Shown one piece after another: positions 58,048 through 64,000 of a stretch of 64,000 nucleotides of DNA. The notes below the pieces were generated by a model. The model saw only the letters and a list, made by a program, of their open reading frames with translations. It made no database searches and had not been told where the DNA came from. Source of the DNA: a bacterium. Lineage in GTDB: Bacteria; Cyanobacteriota; Vampirovibrionia; Obscuribacterales; JAKAZS01. Position 1 is the stretch's first letter. Each line of letters begins with the position of its first letter. The stretch spans positions 5,599-69,598 of the forward strand of contig JAKAZS010000001.1 in assembly GCA_021815785.1 (NCBI GenBank). Direction: 5' to 3'. A program made the position numbers and the translations under genes.

Positions 58048-58995
58048 ATGAATTCAATAAATCTTAACAAAATTTCCAATCTACAAAATAAGCTTAATGA
58101 ATATATTCTTGGTCAGGATAAAATCATTGACTTTATAACAATATCCTTAATAGCAGGTGGTCATGTTCTTTTAGAAGGTGTGCCTGGAACCGCTAAAACT
58201 TCACTCGTTAAAGTATTAGCTAGACTCTTAAATGCACCATTTAAACGAATTCAGCTAACTCCAGATATGTTACCATCCGATATTACTGGTACCAGTATGT
58301 ATGATTTTAACACGAAAAACTTCCATATTCATCAAGGACCTATTTTTTCGAACTTAATTCTAGCTGACGAAATCAATCGTACCCCACCAAAGACCCAGTC
58401 AGCTCTTCTTGAAGCTATGGAAGAACGTCAGGTAACCATAGATGGTCAAACTCAACCTTTATCTGAATTTTTCATGGTAATTGCCACCCAAAATTCAATA
58501 GAATTTGAAGGGACCTACCCTTTACCAGAAGCCCAATTAGACCGCTTTATGTTTAAGTTGAATTTTAATTATCCTGATGAATTAAATGAAATAGCTATGC
58601 TAAAACTATGGCAAAATTCACGCCAAAAAAAACTGATTCAAAATATTGAACCGGTAATATCAATTGATGAGATTCTTGAACTAAGACAAGAATTAACCAA
58701 AATCACCATTGATGATACCATTTATGAATACCTCGTTAAATTATCAAATGTTTCTCGTAACTCATCTAGCGTATTTCTTGGTGCTAGCCCAAGAGCTACC
58801 TTAAACTGGCTGATAGCTGCTAAGACTACGGCTTTTATTCAAGGTCGAGATTTTGTTACTCCTGATGATGTGAAATTTGTAGCTCAACCAATTCTCGAAC
58901 ATCGTCTCATCTTAAATCCCGAATCAGAACTCGAAGGTAATACAATCAGTCAAATTATCAACTTGTTACTAGAACAAGTAAAAGTTCCTCGTTAA
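58048..58995 (+). CDS. MoxR-family AAA+ ATPase
   Basis: 315 aa. Walker A LLEGVPGTAKTSL. Walker B LILADEINRTPPKTQSALLEAMEE. C-terminal lid typical of MoxR. Confidence 0.92.
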   Translation: MNSINLNKISNLQNKLNEYILGQDKIIDFITISLIAGGHVLLEGVPGTAKTSLVKVLARLLNAPFKRIQLTPDMLPSDITGTSMYDFNTKNFHIHQGPIFSNLILADEINRTPPKTQSALLEAMEERQVTIDGQTQPLSEFFMVIATQNSIEFEGTYPLPEAQLDRFMFKLNFNYPDELNEIAMLKLWQNSRQKKLIQNIEPVISIDEILELRQELTKITIDDTIYEYLVKLSNVSRNSSSVFLGASPRATLNWLIAAKTTAFIQGRDFVTPDDVKFVAQPILEHRLILNPESELEGNTISQIINLLLEQVKVPR

Positions 58996-58999
58996 AATC

Positions 59000-60316
59000 A
59001 TGATTTTAAGTAAGCAATTACTGATTTTACTAATACTACCATTAATCCTAGCAATACTTGGATATAAATATGAAATTTGTACGTTATTATTTTACTTATA
59101 TAATTTCTGCTTATTTATTTATTTAATTGTTGATGTCATAAAAACTAAGGCTCATAAATTAATAACTATATCCAGGGTTTGTGATTCCAGGCTTTCATTA
59201 CAACAGAATAATCCAGTCAAAATTATTATCAGTAATAATAATTATTATAGTGTTTTATTAATAGTCAAAGATAATTATCCAGATTTTATGACTTGCGATA
59301 CCTTAGAAAAAAATATTAAAATTCCACCACTAGCCAATGCTGAATATATTTATAATCTAATTCCTCATAAGCGCATAAAATATAATTTCACTTCAATCTC
59401 TTACCGATACTTAAGCTATTTTGGTCTATTCTATAAACAGGTTAATGTTAATGCTCATCAAGAAGTCGTTGCCTTATTTGTAAAATCACAGCTAAATAAT
59501 ATTTTAATTAAAATTACAAAAAGTACAGCGATTGGCGAATTAAAACAGAATCGAAGCGGTCTTAGCACAAATTTTAGCTCATTAAAAGAATATGCCAAAG
59601 GAGATCCATTACGCTATATCGATTGGAAAGCTACGGCCAGATATGATAAACCAATTGTAAAAACATATACGAAAGAAAATGAACAGAATTTATTAATTCT
59701 TGTTGATGCCAGCAGAATTATGAACAGCCATCTTAAAGGTATGACCAAATATGATCACGCATTAAATGCTGCTTTTGGATTAGCCTTAACCGGCCTACTT
59801 CATAAAGATAATGTCGGCATTGGAATTTTCGCCGATAAACCTTTACTCTATTTAAAACCAAAACGGGATTCAAATTATATTAATACAATAATTGAAGCCT
59901 GTGCCAGTATAAATGCTATAAGCAATGAGGCTGATTATATTACGGCACTTTTATATTTTACTAAATATTTAAAAGAAAGAAGTTTAATTGTTATTCTAAC
60001 AGATATAACCGATGAAATAAGCTCAAACTGCCTGCTTAAATGTATTCAGATTATTAATCATAAACATTTAAGTTTTGTAGCAACCATTTACGACAAAGAA
60101 ATAATGACTATAGCGAAACCTAACTATAAATCAATTCCACAAGACCTCAACAGCATATTTAAGCGGGCTACTTGTATAAATATGTTAAATGATCGTCGCT
60201 TAGCCTTAAGTAATTTAAAAAAATCAAAATGCCTAGTCTTAGACAGTTCAATTGAAGATTTTAATACGGAACTAATTAACAGTTACATTAATATCAAGTT
60301 AAGAAATAAAGTATAA
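59000..60316 (+). CDS. DUF58-domain protein (vWA-like, MoxR partner)
   Basis: 438 aa. Two N-terminal TM helices. DUF58 signature KGDPLRYIDWKATARYDKPIVKTY, then a vWA-like LLILVDASRIM. Starts 4 nt after the moxR stop. Confidence 0.85.
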   Translation: MILSKQLLILLILPLILAILGYKYEICTLLFYLYNFCLFIYLIVDVIKTKAHKLITISRVCDSRLSLQQNNPVKIIISNNNYYSVLLIVKDNYPDFMTCDTLEKNIKIPPLANAEYIYNLIPHKRIKYNFTSISYRYLSYFGLFYKQVNVNAHQEVVALFVKSQLNNILIKITKSTAIGELKQNRSGLSTNFSSLKEYAKGDPLRYIDWKATARYDKPIVKTYTKENEQNLLILVDASRIMNSHLKGMTKYDHALNAAFGLALTGLLHKDNVGIGIFADKPLLYLKPKRDSNYINTIIEACASINAISNEADYITALLYFTKYLKERSLIVILTDITDEISSNCLLKCIQIINHKHLSFVATIYDKEIMTIAKPNYKSIPQDLNSIFKRATCINMLNDRRLALSNLKKSKCLVLDSSIEDFNTELINSYINIKLRNKV

Positions 60317-60478
60317 CGAATTAGTTTAGGTCAAAAACGTTTTTGGCCAGGTAAAATGTTTATAGTTTTAACCAATTGTTCTAATAGTAAGGACACATAA
60401 GTATTAATTCTAGCATAGAGATTACATAAGTTAAAATTAAATATTGTTTTTACCGATTAAATAGTAAAATAAAAGGTT

Positions 60479-60721
60479 TTATTCCTTTTTATGATCTAGT
60501 TTTAAATCAAGGTATTGTTTTAAAGCAACTGCGTTATTGAACTGACGAGCCTTAGCACCATAAATCAAACTTTGCAGAAAAAAGCCTACTGTAAATAAAG
60601 AAATACCAAACATAGCAAGTGTTCTACCTAGCAAATTATCTATGAATCTCTCGATATAAGGAACCGAAATTGTTACTGCCGTCCCAATTATGCTGGCGAT
60701 TAAACCTATTATAAGACCCAA
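60479..60721 (-). CDS. Small two-TM membrane protein (uncertain gene)
   Basis: 80 aa. TTG start without a convincing SD. Two hydrophobic helices. Confidence 0.3.
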   Translation of the reverse strand: MGLIIGLIASIIGTAVTISVPYIERFIDNLLGRTLAMFGISLFTVGFFLQSLIYGAKARQFNNAVALKQYLDLKLDHKKE

Positions 60722-60925
60722 AGTTAAGGAATTTTTTAATTATCGTTGATCAACAATTATTCTCAAGAATCTCCTAAACGAAAATTGGCCATAAAAACAA
60801 ATAAAGACAATTTGAAATAAATATGTAAATATTTTTATCATTGCTAAAACCAATATCAATTATATATTAAAATTCTCCTTGACCTTTTTGCAGAAACTAA
60901 TTAACACAATCAATTATTATCTAAA

Positions 60926-60962
60926 AAAATAAAGCAGTGTAAAATATCACTGCTTTATTTTT
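60926..60962 (-). terminator. Rho-independent terminator downstream of the giant repeat-protein gene
   Basis: Stem AAATAAAGCAGTG / CACTGCTTTATTT with an 8-nt loop, flanked by A-runs and T-runs on both sides (works on either strand). Lies about 50 nt after the stop at 61010. Confidence 0.65.
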
Positions 60963-61009
60963 TATATTAGCCTTTAAAGATTTATTTTATTAGCCAAATA
61001 TATTTTAAC

Positions 61010-64000
61010 TTACTTCATTGCTGTATATTTTGGTTTAGTTACTTGTTCGTAAACACCAGCTCCACTTGTACTTTGAGTTACCACGCAACTGGTTTTCAGT
61101 AATTGATTGGCAATAGCTTTTATTTGCTTATCATTACTTCTAAACATGGCTTTTAATGGTTTAATAGCACTAATAGCACTAGGTATCGAAAAATCAGATA
61201 GATATGTTGATCTTCCATTACTATTACGGGCATTGACATTGCGATAACCAATTTTACTAACCTGATTAATAAAAGCAAAGTCAACTGATTGGCTGGCGCA
61301 AGCTAAGGATAAATGTCTTCCGGGAGCCAAGGAAATTGGTTTAATTCCTTTTACATATACAACGACACTATCTTTAGCATTATCATGTAAATTATAAACA
61401 CTTACAATTGAACCATTAGCTATAGCTAATACAATAGCTCCACGTTTCAAGCTTAATTTAACTGGTTTAATTACTCCTAAGGTAACTACCATATCATGGC
61501 TAGCACTTATGACGCTACTACCCTGACCAAGTGTCGCTCTTTCATTATTACTACCATTAAAGGTTAGTCCACATGCTTGACTTGTATTCTTGATACTTAA
61601 TCCGGCAACTTCATGATTATAAGCAATTGGCATTATAAGTGATGTATTTTCAATAATTGCGTTATTTTCATCACTATTAGTGGTCAGATATTTTGTATCC
61701 ATGCTTTGTTGCTTAACTTGGGCATTAAAATTAGTATTTAAACCAGCTTGATTATTATCTAACACATTAGCTACACTTTGATTGCTATTAGCTTGATTAT
61801 TAGCAGCCGAATTTTCGTTATAAACTCCAAATGCCGACAGATTATTTTGAATAACCGCAATTCCCGAATTAACTACTGGAGGATCAGCTGTTATTTTCAC
61901 ATTACCTTGTAACGTTATGGCACTAGCCCCTAGATTTCCAGTATTAAATATAATATTTCGACCAGCTGCGTTAAGCACGTTTCCACCAGCAGACGCTCTT
62001 ATACCATTATTACCAAAGAACACATTCGCTCCATTAGCAATAACTGTGATTAAACTTGGATTCGGGTTAGTAGTATTAATAGCATTAGCTGGCCCTATAC
62101 TTATAGTAACGTAACCAACATTAGGCGTAAACGAACTACCTAATATATTACTGCCATTGGCTATATAAATCGACCCACTAGTTAGATTATTATTAGTAAC
62201 AGAGACTGAGCCATTGTTAGCTATTAAACCGATAGCCGAAGTAGTTCCAATATTCATAAAACCATTACCGCTAAAGTAAATGCTACCACCACTGGCGCCA
62301 ACTCCAGCCCCTGTTGCAATGTTACCTAAAACATTTAAATTGCCAGTATTAAACACTATATTTCCACCAGCTTGAGCTCCGACAATTTGAGTAGTTGTAG
62401 CATTGTCAGTAACATTAATGCCACCTAAACCTTGAGTTGAAACAGCAATCATTCCACTATTCACCATTAAGGTTCCGCCAGCCCCAATAGTTCCACCACC
62501 ACTTACTAAAGCCAAATTAGGAGCAACCATATTAGCACCAGTACCGGGTTCGGCAATATATCCAGTTTGCGAAGCTGTTAAGAAGGCAAAATTACTAGCT
62601 TGAATTAACCCATCGTTATATATACCAAAACCACCACCAGAGGCTAAAGCTACAACCTGACCGCCAATAATTCCTGGAGTAACAACTCCACCTTGATTAA
62701 TTTGAGCGTAAATAGTAAGGCTACCAGCTACATTTACCGCAAGCGTACTGGAAGCTTGACTTTGTTGCATTACAGTATTACCAGTAAAATTATCATTTAC
62801 ATAAATACTCGATCCATTACCATAGCTTTGTAATCCTAAATTATGGGCATTGACCTGAATGTATGAATTAGCAGAACCAATACCAGTACTACCACCAAAT
62901 GAATACAAACCAAGCACAGGGGCTGTTATTGTACCACCGGCAGTCATAGTACCGCTAGTTTCAACATAAACATTAGCTCCGGAATTAGAAGTACCTAGGT
63001 TTAAGGTAGCGCTAGTATTATTTATACCAACTGACAATCCAGCATTAAATATAATATTACTTGCCTGAGTATATAATGGCTGATTTCCACCAACACCAAA
63101 ACCAATTTCACCATTAGCGGTTTGCATAGTTAAAGTATTACCAACAACTAAACCACCAGTGCCAGTTAAGATATAACCAGTACCGTTAGCCGTAATATTC
63201 TGGAAAGTATTAGCATTTCCCACAGTTGAGTCAAAGGTAATATTCCCATTATTATTAGCAGTTAAATTAATCGCCGACGCACTAACAAATCCAGTAGTTG
63301 TTATCGATCCACTTGAAACTAAAGTTAAGGTTGAGCCAACTGAACTAGCTCCTAAATTAACACTACCAGCAATATCAGTAACATTTGCTAAAGCATTATT
63401 AGCTGAACCGGTATAAGTATTATTTAAGGTAAGATTTTGTGTATCAACATTAAGGGGTGTATAAATAGCACCAATATTTTGATTTTGAGTTACTAAATTA
63501 ATAAATCCTGCGGTTAAGGTCTGTCCACTAGCCTCGGTAATTGCACCTGTGCCACTAGCACTTAAGTTAATAATGCCATTTCCACTATCAGTACCAACAC
63601 TTATTGATGATGTAATATAAATTCCACCACCAATTGGATTAGTCATTACCAAACTAAATATGCCATTAGAACCAACTGAAACATTACCACCACTGCCACC
63701 GCCAATATTTACTACCCCATTATAACTGTCACTTAAAAAGGCGCTAGCAAATTTATTACTTGTACCTAAGTTAACATTAATAGCTGCGGTATCAATATAA
63801 AGTGGATTAATTGCTGAGACCCCAAGGCTACCACCATCAGTGACAATATTTATATTGCCAGCTTGAAGAATATCAGTATTAGCCGCAGTTGTAATCGATC
63901 CACCTAAACCAGTAGTCAAATTAATCGTACCCACTCCAGCGTCGGCTCCAGCTGTAAGCAAACCATTAACAACAACACTACCTTGTGTATTTATGTTTAA
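61010..64000 (-). CDS. Giant Gly/Asn/Thr/Ser-rich beta-helix-type repeat surface protein. The N-terminal part lies beyond the window (more than 996 aa in-window).
   Basis: The frame stays open from 61010 to 64000. The track's M at 63961 is an internal TTG (Leu). About 700 aa of degenerate G-x-I/V-x-repeats (GGSIYFSGNGFMNIG, GGNIVFNTGNLNVLGNI), then an unrelated C-terminal domain of about 270 aa ending KPKYTAMK. Confidence 0.8.
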   Translation of the reverse strand, partial: LNINTQGSVVVNGLLTAGADAGVGTINLTTGLGGSITTAANTDILQAGNINIVTDGGSLGVSAINPLYIDTAAINVNLGTSNKFASAFLSDSYNGVVNIGGGSGGNVSVGSNGIFSLVMTNPIGGGIYITSSISVGTDSGNGIINLSASGTGAITEASGQTLTAGFINLVTQNQNIGAIYTPLNVDTQNLTLNNTYTGSANNALANVTDIAGSVNLGASSVGSTLTLVSSGSITTTGFVSASAINLTANNNGNITFDSTVGNANTFQNITANGTGYILTGTGGLVVGNTLTMQTANGEIGFGVGGNQPLYTQASNIIFNAGLSVGINNTSATLNLGTSNSGANVYVETSGTMTAGGTITAPVLGLYSFGGSTGIGSANSYIQVNAHNLGLQSYGNGSSIYVNDNFTGNTVMQQSQASSTLAVNVAGSLTIYAQINQGGVVTPGIIGGQVVALASGGGFGIYNDGLIQASNFAFLTASQTGYIAEPGTGANMVAPNLALVSGGGTIGAGGTLMVNSGMIAVSTQGLGGINVTDNATTTQIVGAQAGGNIVFNTGNLNVLGNIATGAGVGASGGSIYFSGNGFMNIGTTSAIGLIANNGSVSVTNNNLTSGSIYIANGSNILGSSFTPNVGYVTISIGPANAINTTNPNPSLITVIANGANVFFGNNGIRASAGGNVLNAAGRNIIFNTGNLGASAITLQGNVKITADPPVVNSGIAVIQNNLSAFGVYNENSAANNQANSNQSVANVLDNNQAGLNTNFNAQVKQQSMDTKYLTTNSDENNAIIENTSLIMPIAYNHEVAGLSIKNTSQACGLTFNGSNNERATLGQGSSVISASHDMVVTLGVIKPVKLSLKRGAIVLAIANGSIVSVYNLHDNAKDSVVVYVKGIKPISLAPGRHLSLACASQSVDFAFINQVSKIGYRNVNARNSNGRSTYLSDFSIPSAISAIKPLKAMFRSNDKQIKAIANQLLKTSCVVTQSTSGAGVYEQVTKPKYTAMK

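Noticed and set aside
49887-62114. Short ORFs inside sdhA/sdhB, the TPR gene, the DUF4129/DUF4350 genes and the giant repeat gene (49887-50084, 50451-50642, 50912-51130, 51595-51777, 54656-54877, 56680-56865, 61917-62114)
   Set aside because: All are nested in or antisense to better-supported genes. None has start-site or motif support.
1-64000. Higher G+C of the RND, Tad and sdh genes as evidence for horizontal transfer
   Set aside because: The GC-richer genes are the most conserved protein families. The AT-extreme genes are lineage-specific N/K/I-rich proteins. This is the usual pattern in AT-rich genomes. No mobility genes or boundary repeats accompany them.

Overview
AT-rich bacterial chromosomal window. 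Gene content indicates a diderm: a TolC-family outer-membrane factor, lipobox and Tat signals. I count about 53 protein genes and one tRNA-Glu. By eye there is no rRNA, CRISPR array, transposase or integrase. Layout: (a) 1-2210, a long minus-strand ORF missing from the supplied track (Gly-zipper plus coiled coil, runs off the window); (b) 2408-3658, a secreted protein with two tandem retropepsin-like domains; (c) 3666-9709, an RND efflux operon in the unusual order OMF-RND-MFP; (d) 10-21 kb, an atypical Ser/Thr kinase-TPR, rRNA methyltransferase, SbcD, POT transporter, and an SRPBCC/AhpD-like/DUF362/terpene-cyclase-like cluster; (e) 21.5-29.1 kb, a compact Tad/Flp pilus locus (flp, cpaB, tadZ, cpaF, tadB, tadC, DUF192, tadV) with no secretin or minor pilins; (f) 29-44 kb, RidA, two class-III aminotransferases, a large TPR protein, a surE-DUF4013-membrane operon, an orphan Clp_N protein, an HTH/Zn-ribbon regulator, a fused GT2-GT4 glycosyltransferase and an MtnX-like HAD; (g) 44.1-45.3 kb, a protein made of four MshEN/T2SSE_N-like repeats, next to tRNA-Glu; (h) 45.6-53.9 kb, a FecCD/FepC-type ABC pair, NifS-like desulfurase, sdhCAB-like operon and aldehyde dehydrogenase; (i) 54-60.3 kb, a TPR / polytopic membrane / DUF4129 / DUF4350 / MoxR / DUF58 operon; (j) 61-64 kb, a giant beta-helix-type repeat protein that runs off the window. 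The best candidates for something undescribed are the secretin-less Tad locus with its decorated CpaF and CpaB, the stand-alone 4x MshEN-like protein, the MoxR-DUF58-DUF4350-DUF4129 cluster, the tandem retropepsin, and a possible SD-sequestering leader at 21224-21360. All family calls come from motif recognition by eye. No database search was run.
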